A stretch of 63,090 nt of DNA, counting the filler, from Octopus bimaculoides (Eukaryota): the NCBI RefSeq assembly GCF_001194135.2. It is 3 parts of 3 records of this genome, joined end to end, with 100 filler letters (N's around TTAATTAATTAA, not from the genome) between each part and the next. Parts side by side here need not be neighbours in the genome. Positions count along the whole stretch, not along the records: positions 1 to 22,290 come from NC_068985.1; 2 more parts are not named here. One strand, 5' to 3'. The notes under the pieces are model-generated. The model ran no database searches. It was not told the DNA's origin and saw nothing but the letters and a program-made list of their open reading frames with translations. Position numbers and translations under genes: made by a program. Below, piece after piece: positions 1 through 13,015 of the stretch (position 1 is the stretch's first letter; each line of letters begins with the position of its first letter).

Positions 1-98
1 CCACTACTACTACCACTACCATCACCACCACCACCACCACCACCACTACTACCACTACCACCACTACTACCACTACCATCACCACCACCACCACCACC

Positions 99-145
<47 letters not shown>

Positions 146-346
146 CTCCACGACCAGCACGACGACGACGACGACCACCACCACCGCTACTACTACTACT
201 ACTACTGCTACTACTACTACTACTACAGAAAACATGAACATCTGCAGACACTACCGCCACTACTATTGCACACCACCATCTCTCCGCCACTGTCACTGCC
301 GCCATCTCCACCACCGCATTCATACCATCACTACCATCAACATCAC

Positions 347-384
<38 letters not shown>

Positions 385-444
385 ACAGCAGCGACGATAA
401 CGATATTCTCTCCACCACCACCACCACCACCACCAGCAACAACA
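1..444. repeat. Compound trinucleotide microsatellite (CCA/CTA/CGA/CAT) running into an N gap
   Basis: Directly visible runs of cca, cta, cga and cat; ORFs 234..1019 and 382..900 are translations of this tract plus Ns. Confidence 0.95.
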
Positions 445-911
445 NNNNNNNNNNNNNNNNNNNNNNNNNNNNNNNNNNNNNNNNNNNNNNNNNNNNNNNN
501 NNNNNNNNNNNNNNNNNNNNNNNNNNNNNNNNNNNNNNNNNNNNNNNNNNNNNNNNNNNNNNNNNNNNNNNNNNNNNNNNNNNNNNNNNNNNNNNNNNNN
601 NNNNNNNNNNNNNNNNNNNNNNNNNNNNNNNNNNNNNNNNNNNNNNNNNNNNNNNNNNNNNNNNNNNNNNNNNNNNNNNNNNNNNNNNNNNNNNNNNNNN
701 NNNNNNNNNNNNNNNNNNNNNNNNNNNNNNNNNNNNNNNNNNNNNNNNNNNNNNNNNNNNNNNNNNNNNNNNNNNNNNNNNNNNNNNNNNNNNNNNNNNN
801 NNNNNNNNNNNNNNNNNNNNNNNNNNNNNNNNNNNNNNNNNNNNNNNNNNNNNNNNNNNNNNNNNNNNNNNNNATTACTGTCACTCCTACTATCCCCCAC
901 GCTTCTCGCAG

Positions 912-954
912 AAAGTGCCCATCAAGCGATGCCATGTTGTCCCAAACGAGAGAG
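912..954 (+). other. Candidate 43-nt small exon (unassigned)
   Basis: Pyrimidine-rich acceptor cccccacgcttctcgcAG ends at 911 and donor GAG|GTAAGA starts at 955; all three frames are open. No protein similarity recognised. Confidence 0.2.
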
Positions 955-1310
955 GTAAGAGACCATTTTTTTCCCAGGGTTGCAAATCAGGCAATAAACC
1001 GACAGGACTCCCATTATAAACCAGCAATAAACCTATCTATGACGCAATAACTTCTTCAAGTCTGCTAAAGTTTCCCAGCTTTACTCAAACTTCCTTTATC
1101 TCGTGCACTCATTAATATTATAATAGACAATCAATCAATGCAAGCTTTGCAAGTTGACAAGTGGAAGCAGACACAGTTTTATCAAAGCTGATATTGGTAA
1201 GTCGGATGATGTTACCATTTAGAGATAACATTGTAATGACGTCATCGCAGCTTAGTTTCCCAATTTCGGAATCGTGCGAAATAACATTCTCTATCTTTCA
1301 TTTCTAATAT

Positions 1311-1790
1311 TTTACTTATTTCAGTCATTGGACTACGGTCATGCTGGAACACCGCCTTGAAGAGCTTTTGTTGCACAAGTCGACCCCTGTATTTACTTTT
1401 GTAAGCTTGGTTCTTATTCTATCGGTCTCTTTTACCGAACTGCTAACTTACCGGAACGTAAACAAATCAACATCGGTTGTGAATTGGTGGCAAGGAACAC
1501 ACACTCACACATACACACACACAACACACACACACACACACATGCACGCACACACACACACATACACACACAGACGCACGCATGCACTCACACACACACA
1601 CATACACACACGTACACAGGAATATATATGCGACGGGCTTTTTTTCAGTTTTTGTCTACCAAATCCACTCATAAGGCTTTGGTCAACTCGTGGCTAACGT
1701 AGAAAACACTTCGCTAAGGTGCCACGTAGTGGGACTGAATACGGAACCACCTGGTTGGAAAGTAAATTTCTTACCACACAGCTACGCCTG
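1311..1790 (-). mobile_element. SINE family A (tRNA-like head, CORE-like segment, internal SSR, tail module)
   Basis: Head at ~1630-1790 and tail at 1311-1495 are separated by (CA)n. The same two modules recur at 4448-5145, 17955-18407 and 30081-30955. Confidence 0.8.
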
Positions 1791-2458
1791 AGTCTATATG
1801 TTGAAAAGTTATACGAACAATCACTGCTTGTTACATACACAGGTTTTGTGTTCGGATGTTATGCTTAGTCAAAATCTCATTCTTTAACATTATTTTGCGG
1901 TGTTTAAGCTTAATGGCTCCGAATCTATTTTAATTTTGTCAAATGTTACTTGTCTGAAGATTCCACCTGTTATACCCGTCATTATTTGAGCTCCAAACGT
2001 AAAATCTCTCACTGCATCAAATAGAATGCATTCTATGGGACGATTGCAAATTCATCAGACAAGAGACGTGCTATGTAACCGAGGAATACATCATAGAACT
2101 GACTAACTCATCGTGAAGAGTATATATTTCCAACTACAAACAACAGTCACTGTTTCTTATAAAGTAAGATCCTCGTTGAAACCTACCGATTTTCCCCAAA
2201 ATAGTATAATCGTCAGAGAAAATGCTTCTGAGAACCCATTTCTATTAACAGTTGAGGTCGAATGCCGAACATGGTCTACATTTCAATGGCTAATGTAACG
2301 TCTTGGGAGATATTTTATTCTCATTCCAGACCAACAAAGCTTTTGATTTATGTTTGATAAAACTTGTAAATGCAAAAGAAAAAAAGAAAAAAGCTCCCGT
2401 CGTGGATCGATCATTCGCCATATAATTTTCATATTTTCTATCGATGTGGGAAAGAGAA

Positions 2459-2660
2459 TACGAGGAGGTGGCTGAAAAGTTTCTAATAGAAGGACCAGTT
2501 AAGTAGGATTTTATTCAACATATTCCACTCTAAGATTCACACACTTATTGCAACGGTTTTTCACTTTTTCTGAAGCCTGAAGAAGAAGCAATACTCTTAA
2601 AGCCAAGTGCTTTCCAGTAATGCCCACGTCGTTGGAATGATGTTTTATGCTTTTTGGAGT
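2459..2660 (-). mobile_element. mariner 3' end relic (TIR plus transposase C-terminus)
   Basis: TACGAGGAGGTGGCTGAAAAGT resembles a mariner TIR. The minus strand reads RCNKCVNLRVEYVE* (stop at 2511-2513), like the mariner C-terminal RWxKCVxLxGxYVE*. Confidence 0.7.
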
Positions 2661-3111
2661 ATTTCATGCGATGTAATCTCTGCTCTCGACTACTACAAAT
2701 AAGACACCTTATGACTCCTTATTATTCGTTGAATAGCCTTTGGTGTATGGATCCCTTACAAACATTTCTAATTAGTCACCACCATCATCACCTACACCAC
2801 TACCACCATCGCTCCCACCGCCGCCACCGCCGCCGTCGCGCCGCTATTGATACCACCACCATCATCATTAGCATCGGCGTAACTGCAGACGGCAAGACCA
2901 GCAACATCAGCAGCAGCAGCAGCAACTGCACCAACAGTGACAATAGTACAATAGTAACAGCCTGCAACAATAGTAAGAACAACAAACTATAATTTCACCA
3001 TAAAAAGTTTTCATTTTCACTTGTAACCTGTCCGGGCAACATCGCTGTAGAGGAAAAAATTATCAGGAGACACCAGCCGATCACACGCACACCCATACAG
3101 GTAGATACACG

Positions 3112-3114
<3 letters not shown>

Positions 3115-3186
<72 letters not shown>

Positions 3187-3213
3187 GCACACGACACGCA
3201 AACACGTGTGTCC

Positions 3214-3294
<81 letters not shown>
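3115..3294. repeat. (CA)n followed by (TATC)n microsatellites
   Basis: Pure CA run at ~3115-3180 and TATC run at ~3214-3294. Confidence 0.95.
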
Positions 3295-3360
3295 CATTCA
3301 GACACTCAGACTTATAGATACGTACACAAAGTCACATAGCATAAAAAGTTATATAGCGTA

Positions 3361-3391
<31 letters not shown>

Positions 3392-3796
3392 GCTCACTCA
3401 CTCACACACGCATACACACACATACAAACAAAGAAATGCATAGCTGTAACACTGGCAAGATACATACAACAATCATACACAAACAATAGACACTCATATA
3501 ATCACGCACATATTCAGATATTCATATATATATATATACATACACACAAGTCACCTTTTACTTACTTTCTACACTCTCCGGGTCTACTGTACTCACACAC
3601 ACATATCTACGTACGCACACATACACACATAAAACACACTCACACATATATACACACTGAAATTCTGTGACACGCACGTCAGATACGACACAGTAATGAA
3701 TTTACACAAACACACACGTACATATTCACGCAGGTACACCATTCATAAAACGTATATACATTGTATGTAGTACACATTCTATTTGTTTCACTGATA

Positions 3797-3830
<34 letters not shown>

Positions 3831-3988
3831 TATATATATTTTTATTCAAATGATCTCTCTATCTATCTATATATTTTTACATGATATATACATACAAAAG
3901 TACATACATGATACACATATTTATATGATATAATATAACACAATATAATATAATATGATGTAATATAATATAATACATAATATATATA

Positions 3989-4036
<48 letters not shown>

Positions 4037-4125
4037 CGAACACTTATATTCACATTTACTAATATATTTACGAATACATACATTTAGCCACAAACGAAAA
4101 AAAACGCTCACATACGTACAAAGGT

Positions 4126-4158
<33 letters not shown>

Positions 4159-4447
4159 CACACACACGCATTCACACACAAACACGTACCTCACGTACAT
4201 ATTTACATATATAGACTTTGTGTACAAATTGAATGGAAATTCAATCGGATTAATCTTACAAATCAAGAGAGCATGACCTGAGATATCTTCGAATCATTGC
4301 ACAAATGTAGTTACAATTCGGTCTGAAGGGTTTGTGATTCTTGCTCCAGAGGTAAGTGAATAACTAACGTACAATATCTTTTAAATAAATATAATATTCT
4401 ACATACCCACAGGTATAAATACATACATACATTACAAACATGGGCTT

Positions 4448-5145
<698 letters not shown>

Positions 5146-5553
5146 TGTAAGTATAATATATATTATGTGTAGTGTATAATGTAGAATATATCATGTAAAA
5201 TAACTAAGGTATAATACATATAGCGTGTATTTTATAATATATATTGAATGTATAAATTGCTTTCTGTCCGTTATAAATTTTTTTTAAAAATTCGATTCAA
5301 ATTATTTCTCTCAGTAAAAATATGTATATGTGTTTGTATTTGAGTGTGTGAACACGCGCGTGCGCATGTGTATCTGTTTGTGTGTGTTAGTATATGTGCA
5401 AGTGTGTATGCATGTGCGTATGTCTGTGTATATATACATGTATATATATATGTGTGTATATATATATGTGTGTATGTGTGTATATATATATATATATGTG
5501 TATGTGTGTGTATATATATATGTGAGTATATATATATATATAATGTATATATA

Positions 5554-5603
<50 letters not shown>

Positions 5604-5707
5604 CAAGAGAAATTACCTATAACAGAAATTATTTTATATTGAATATGTTGTCTATTGACTTTTTATACATGCTAGGCCACTGGTAGTAAAATTTGTAAAA
5701 ATATTTG

Positions 5708-5826
<119 letters not shown>

Positions 5827-6040
5827 TCATGCAAATATACTATATACATGTATATATACATATGAATATAAATATGTGTCTATATAAACATGCATGTGAA
5901 CATGTGAATATACATATGTACATACATATATAACCACCCCTAGGTTAGTTACCCTGGACACACACACATATATACACATATATATACATATATATAGTGT
6001 ATATATATATATATATGTATATGTGTACACATAAATACAA

Positions 6041-6080
<40 letters not shown>

Positions 6081-6090
6081 NNNNNNNNNN

Positions 6091-6130
<40 letters not shown>

Positions 6131-6317
6131 GCACACATCTCTCTCTTTATATATACATATATACATGCATACATGCATACATACATACATACATACATGT
6201 ATGTATGTATATATGTATTTGCATGCATGTATGTATGCATGCAGGTATGTATGTATGTATGTATGTATGTATGTATCTATCTATCTATCTATCTATCTAT
6301 GTAACCGTCTATCTGTT

Positions 6318-6900
6318 TTATCTTTAACTTGTTTCAATCATTGGAATGCAGCCATGCTAGGGCACCGTCTTGAAAGCTTTAAAGGAAGAAATCGATCCCA
6401 GTACTTATTCTTTTATGTATGTTATTTATTGATACTTTTCAATTGATCCCAAAAAGATGAAAGACAAAGCTGACCTCGGTTGGATTTGAACTTAAATCTT
6501 AGAGAATCGACATTATGAAACGCTTTATTGATTATACCAATTACCTGTTTCATATAATAAGTAATAATATTATCAACCGATTATTGACATGTTGAAAGTT
6601 CCACCTGGTTTTTTTAGCGTTATTGAGAGTTTGCCACAAAAGAGATCAAAATAACAGGACTCCACTCTGTGTGTGCGTTCCTATGTGTGCGTGTGCGTGT
6701 GTATGTGTATGTGTATGTGTATACGTATAGGTGTGGCCGTATGGTAAGAATTTTGCATCCTAAACACAAGGTTTCAGGTTCAGTCCATCTGCGTAGTAAC
6801 TTGGGTAAGCATCTGGTATAATCCTACCAAAATCTTGGTAGGATTATAGTCTTGGAGCTAATAGGCGATTTGGTAGACAGGATTTGGTAGGCGGCTCGTT
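6318..6900. mobile_element. Degenerate SINE cluster: family A tail (-), family B core (-), family A head (+)
   Basis: 6318-6420 matches the A tail; 6430-6495 matches the B core (gatgaaagacaaagctgacctcgg); 6725-6900 matches the A head (gtggccgtatggtaagaa...gatttggtag). Confidence 0.65.
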
Positions 6901-6903
6901 ACA

Positions 6904-6938
<35 letters not shown>

Positions 6939-7726
6939 GCCCACATACATACATACATACATATATATATATATATATNNNNNNNNNNNNNNNNNNNNNN
7001 NNNNNNNNNNNNNNNNNNNNNNNNNNNNNNNNNNNNNNNNNNNNNNNNNNNNNNNNNNNNNNNNNNNNNNNNNNNNNNNNNNNNNNNNNNNNNNNNNNNN
7101 NNNNNNNNNNNNNNNNNNNNNNNNNNNNNNNNNNNNNNNNNNNNNNNNNNNNNNNNNNNNNNNNNNNNNNNNNNNNNNNNNNNNNNNNNNNNNNNNNNNN
7201 NNNNNNNNNNNNNNNNNNNNNNNNNNNNNNNNNNNNNNNNNNNNNNNNNNNNNNNNNNNNNNNNNNNNNNNNNNNNNNNNNNNNNNNNNNNNNNNNNNNN
7301 NNNNNNNNNNNNNNNNNNNNNNNNNNNNNNNNNNNNNNNNNNNNNNNNNNNNNNNNNNNNNNNNNNNNNNNNNNNNNNNNNNNNNNNNNNNNNNNNNNNN
7401 NNNNNNNNNNNNNNNNNNNNNNNNNNNNNNNNNNNNNNNNNNNNNNNNNNNNNNNNNNNNNNNNNNNNNNNNNNNNNNNNNNNNNNNNNNNNNNNNNNNN
7501 NNNNNNNNNNNNNNNNNNNNNNNNNNNNNNNNNNNNNNNNNNNNNNNNNNNNNNNNNNNNNNNNNNNNNNNNNNNNNNNNNNNNNNNNNNNNNNNNNNNN
7601 NNNNNNNNNNNNNNNNNNNNNNNNNNNNNNNNNNNNNNNNNNNNNNNNNNNNNNNNNNNNNNNNNNNNNNNNNNNNNNNNNNNNNNNNNNNNNNNNNNNN
7701 NNNNNNNNNNNNNNNNNNNNNNNNNN

Positions 7727-7759
<33 letters not shown>

Positions 7760-7794
7760 TCTCTTTCTCTCTCTCTCTCTCTGTTGAGGGTTTA

Positions 7795-8285
7795 GTAAAA
7801 TAAAGCGTTAATCTTTTCCTATGGACACGAATGTGTCTCTTGGGGCCTCCTGGTACCTTGCAAACTTTTTGGCAAAAGGGAACAAATTGAGGATTTAATT
7901 TGCACGAGTGCTTGTGGATCATTTACTATGTGTTTTCTGGAGTGGCCAGCAAGACCTGCTTTGCTTCGTGCCACAAAACCACATGGACAGGTAAGGTTTC
8001 CATTTAAAGGAGCAGTATTTTCCCAGCGTGCCTTCATGCTTTCACGAAGTTGGTCCCGATGTTGGAGTCGGCTTTGCTCAAATCTTTGAAGTGAAGAGAA
8101 GCAGGACTGGCTCCTGCGTTTTGATGCTTTGTTTTCCCAGGAAGAAAGGGGAATTTTGCATCGCTTCATATTATCTTTTAGTTTATCTTTGAAGCGCATG
8201 AATGGCCTTTCCAAATCTCTCTCTCTCTCTTTCTCCCTCTCATATTTGATTAGGGAAAGACAATGAGTAGACATCCTTAATCATG
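7795..8285 (-). pseudogene. RTE-clade LINE ORF C-terminus (post-RT region plus terminal zinc fingers)
   Basis: RPFMRFKDKLKDNMKRCKIPLSSWENKA..R..CPCGFVARSKAGLAGHSRKH follows the RTE pattern GRPxxRyKDxLK..W..A..R..C..G..H...H. An (AG)n tract interrupts it near 8216-8240. Confidence 0.85.
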
Positions 8286-8801
8286 TTATCAATCTAAGTT
8301 ATATATCAATCTATATTATAGACTCACATTGATGTATAAATAGACAGCCCGGTAATGGCCTATAAAGAGAGACATGCAAATTTTTACACACTCGCACAGA
8401 CATGAGCATAACAATGTACATATATGAATACACACACACACGCGCGCACACACACACGCACAGAAACAAACACATACAAGCATATACACAAAGAAGCACA
8501 CAATGAACGTCACAGAGGAAATATATGCGTGACCCTACAAGTCTCCTGCAGTTGCTGTCAGCCATTATTTTAACTTCCACGGATGTTCGATCCATCATAG
8601 ACATGCTGAATAATTTCAACCTACATGATCACGCATCATCAAAGATTCGGTGTGGTGGAAGCAACGGCGGCAAACTGTCAGATAATTATAAATTATACTC
8701 TGCATTATGAATTGAGTACATTTTATAATTTTTTCTATAAAAACAACTTGTGTGTATGTGTATGTATGAGACACATGTGTACATGAAAACAAAAATATAT
8801 G

Positions 8802-8850
<49 letters not shown>

Positions 8851-9887
8851 NNNNNNNNNNNNNNNNNNNNNNNNNNNNNNNNNNNNNNNNNNNNNNNNNN
8901 NNNNNNNNNNNNNNNNNNNNNNNNNNNNNNNNNNNNNNNNNNNNNNNNNNNNNNNNNNNNNNNNNNNNNNNNNNNNNNNNNNNNNNNNNNNNNNNNNNNN
9001 NNNNNNNNNNNNNNNNNNNNNNNNNNNNNNNNNNNNNNNNNNNNNNNNNNNNNNNNNNNNNNNNNNNNNNNNNNNNNNNNNNNNNNNNNNNNNNNNNNNN
9101 NNNNNNNNNNNNNNNNNNNNNNNNNNNNNNNNNNNNNNNNNNNNNNNNNNNNNNNNNNNNNNNNNNNNNNNNNNNNNNNNNNNNNNNNNNNNNNNNNNNN
9201 NNNNNNNNNNNNNNNNNNNNNNNNNNNNNNNNNNNNNNNNNNNNNNNNNNNNNNNNNNNNNNNNNNNNNNNNNNNNNNNNNNNNNNNNNNNNNNNNNNNN
9301 NNNNNNNNNNNNNNNNNNNNNNNNNNNNNNNNNNNNNNNNNNNNNNNNNNNNNNNNNNNNNNNNNNNNNNNNNNNNNNNNNNNNNNNNNNNNNNNNNNNN
9401 NNNNNNNNNNNNNNNNNNNNNNNNNNNNNNNNNNNNNNNNNNNNNNNNNNNNNNNNNNNNNNNNNNNNNNNNNNNNNNNNNNNNNNNNNNNNNNNNNNNN
9501 NNNNNNNNNNNNNNNNNNNNNNNNNNNNNNNNNNNNNNNNNNNNNNNNNNNNNNNNNNNNNNNNNNNNNNNNNNNNNNNNNNNNNNNNNNNNNNNNNNNN
9601 NNNNNNNNNNNNNNNNNNNNNNNNNNNNNNNNNNNNNNNNNNNNNNNNNNNNNNNNNNNNATATAATATATATATATATATATATATACATACATATATA
9701 TATATATATACTATGATATATATATATATATATATAGTATAATATAAATATATAATATATAATATAAATATAGAAGTATTATTACCGTTATTAATAGTAT
9801 TAATAAGGTAATAATAAGGTGGGTAGCAAGTTCACACCGTTACAGCCACAATATGAGATAAGTTTAGATTCAGTAGGGTACATGATA

Positions 9888-10183
9888 CCACTTTCTAAAA
9901 TCAGAGCTAATGCTCCAAAATCACCATAAGCTCACGATAAAGATACACAGGAGCAATGCAATGAACATGTGAGAAAAAGGCTTACCTTTGCGTTGAATAC
10001 ATCAGTAAGAAATGAATATTTCAATATCAATTGATTTTATGCCTTGCATGACAAACATACTCTGCGATCTTCAATTGAAAATAACATTTTAACATCTATT
10101 TCTAAAATATTCATTGCTCGTGTGTAAATTTATCGTGAGTTTATTGTGGTTTTTGGAGCATTGGCTCTGGTTGTAGCAAGTGG
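9888..10183. mobile_element. Candidate MITE with ~71-bp imperfect TIRs and TA flanks
   Basis: 9888-9958 is the reverse complement of 10112-10183 at roughly 84% identity; TA lies at 9886-9887 and 10184-10185. Confidence 0.65.
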
Positions 10184-10587
10184 TATTATATATCCTATTG
10201 AATCTATATATAATATAATATATATAAATAATATNNNNNNNNNNTATATATATATATATATTTGTTTTGCAAGATTTTTGATGTGAAATCGTGTTGAAAC
10301 AGATGTTGTTGTACTTGGGGATGGTCATATTGCCAGTTTACCCAATAAAAACACACGCACTGTATATTTGGTGTTAATTTGCTTCAGCTTTATATTACAT
10401 TATATTACATTAATCCTATATATATGTATATATATACACATACATATTTGATGTATACATATGTACATATATATAGGCTCATACACATACATATATCACA
10501 TATATGAACCAAAGCATTCACACATACATATTCACACATATATATTCATATTATACATACTCGAAATATATTCGTATTTGTAACACG

Positions 10588-10694
<107 letters not shown>

Positions 10695-10836
10695 TGTATT
10701 GCCAAGTCGTTCTCACGTTCATGCAACTGTCTGTAGTGAAGCATGAATCTCATATGACAAGAGAGCAAACAGACAGCAGTTTTTTTTTATTTGTTTCGAC
10801 GAAGAGATCGACTTGCTCTTTTTACCTTTCATTCAG

Positions 10837-10879
10837 TCTACTTAAGAACCTTGTCATGTTTGCTATTCATAATTTGACG
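10837..10879 (+). other. Candidate 43-nt small exon (LLKNLVMFAIHNLT)
   Basis: Long polypyrimidine acceptor ttgctctttttacctttcattcAG ends at 10836; donor ACG|GTATGT starts at 10880; only one frame is open. Confidence 0.3.
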
Positions 10880-11849
10880 GTATGTCTTTATTAGTGTCAG
10901 TTAGTATTGTTGTTCGTTGTTTTCACCCATTTATTTTCTCATCTTATCTAAATACGCCTTTTCCGGATCTCATCTCTTGTCTGAACGCGTCTAAACAGAT
11001 ATTTATATATATAAATTTCTGCCATTGATCTCACTTGATTTTTTTAACCACCCCCCTCACACGCACACACACACATCAGATTATATATATTATATATATG
11101 TATATGTTATATATAAAACAAAGTTATTTTATTCCACACGGGTAGAAATATATATATGTATGTACTCATGCACATACATACATATATATATACATACATA
11201 CATTCATATATACATACATAGACACTCACGCATTCACGTAAATTCTACTGTGTATTCACCGACTTGCGGGTGGCCGTCACGCCTTCAGATTAATAAGGCT
11301 ACAATGAAAGAGGATAGGAGGGGAAAATAAGATTTAATATTATATAAAAGTATGTCGAAGGACAAACATATGCTCCAGAACAATCTAAGGTTTTCAATAC
11401 CTGACTGTTGACAAAATACTATTCATATAGCAAATTGAGTTAGCTTCCATATACATTCGCCGACATTATTTGTGATTTTTAAGTACATCTTTGTGAAAAT
11501 ATAGTTACGCGTGCATAGGTCCAGACGTGGCTACATGGGTAAGAAAGTTAGCTTTGTAACCGTGTAATTTTGTGATCTATCGCGCTGTATATACGCCACA
11601 TCACGTAGATAGCTTCTTCTGCGAGATTCACGTGTTGAGTATTGTTTCGTGAATTTCATATATACATAGGTTCGTCCCCAATTTTTTGAAGGCTGTGCTA
11701 CAGCGTGGTCGCGGTTTAACGGTTGGAACAGATAAAACATAATATATATTAATAATTTAGAGAAGAATCACCAAGATGCAATTCAAACAATGAAGGAGAC
11801 CAGACACCATTAAGAAAAGCGTACTCGAACTGAAGAAAATTCTAACTGG

Positions 11850-12034
11850 GACCCACCTGCAAGGTCATGTGTTGTTTATCTTGATAAGAGAACACCATGT
11901 TGCGCACATGTGGTTGTGATGCATGTGCCTGGTGTAACCTTATCGGACGGGTAGTCATGATGGGTATGTTGGGCTTCGAAAATTTTAGCGTAGTGTCACT
12001 TTGTTGGCATGCACGGCTCTCTCACTCAATAATA

Positions 12035-12090
<56 letters not shown>
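11850..12090 (+). mobile_element. Probable SINE 3' module ending in an (AAT)/(GAT)n tail
   Basis: GC-richer segment cccacctgcaaggtcatg...ctctctcactc ends directly in a simple-repeat tail, as expected for a non-LTR retroposon. Family assignment rests on recall only. Confidence 0.45.
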
Positions 12091-12093
<3 letters not shown>

Positions 12094-12241
12094 AATAATA
12101 ATAATAATGAACAAACTGGTGTGTATATTTTAATGGCCTACCAATGTATACAGTGAGTCTCTTTGCCCTAGGTGTCGGAAAGACACTCGTCAAGAAATGG
12201 AAATAAAATTGAAAGTAGAGGATAATAATAATAATAATGAT

Positions 12242-12289
<48 letters not shown>

Positions 12290-12339
12290 GATGATGATAA
12301 TAATAATAATAATAATAATAATGATGATGATGATGATGA

Positions 12340-12562
12340 TGTATTCTCGTCGAAGATCTACACAAATGTTTTGTTTATAGTGATCAAACGTATGTGCTAT
12401 ACATTTGCTCATTTCCTCCATCAAATCGCCATTGCCTGCACAGGTGCATAAGTGTGCCATACTTCAAATGTCGAAATGACCGCAGAGCAACGTGAAGGGA
12501 AGTGTTTTGCTCAAGAACTCAACGCGCCGCTCGGTTCGGGATTCGAACCCACGAACTAACCA
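12340..12562 (-). mobile_element. SINE family C (tRNA-derived)
   Basis: The minus strand carries B-box GGTTCGAATCCC followed by ttcttgagcaaaacactt...cacgttgctc, as in 15910-16245. Confidence 0.7.
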
Positions 12563-12589
12563 AATAATAATAATAATAATAATGATAAT

Positions 12590-12821
12590 AATTTTGTTTC
12601 TTTACTGCCCACAAGGGGCTACACACAGAGGGGACAAATAAAGACAGACAAACGGATTAAGTCGATTATATGAACCCCAGTGCGTAACTGCTACTTATTT
12701 AATCGACCCCGAAAGGATGAAAGGCAAAGTCGACCTCGGCGGAATTGAACTCAGAACGTAGCGGCAGACGAAATACCGCTAAGCATTTCGCCCGGAGTGC
12801 TAACGATTCTGCCAGCTCGCC
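12590..12821 (-). mobile_element. SINE family B, near full length
   Basis: The minus strand reads ggcgagctggcagaatcgttagc...gagttcaattccgccgaggtcgactttgcctttcatcctttcggggtcgattaaataagtagcag. It has Pol III box-like elements and a central core resembling the Meta/MESC SINE domain (from recall), with TAA repeats on both sides. Confidence 0.85.

Positions 12822-13015
<194 letters not shown>

Noticed and set aside
2170-2225. Minus-strand CTGACGA...GAAA motif
   Set aside because: No helix I or II pairing; consistent with a chance occurrence.
8525-8710. 61-aa ORF / exon
   Set aside because: Plausible acceptor but no good donor and no recognisable similarity; the length is within chance expectation.
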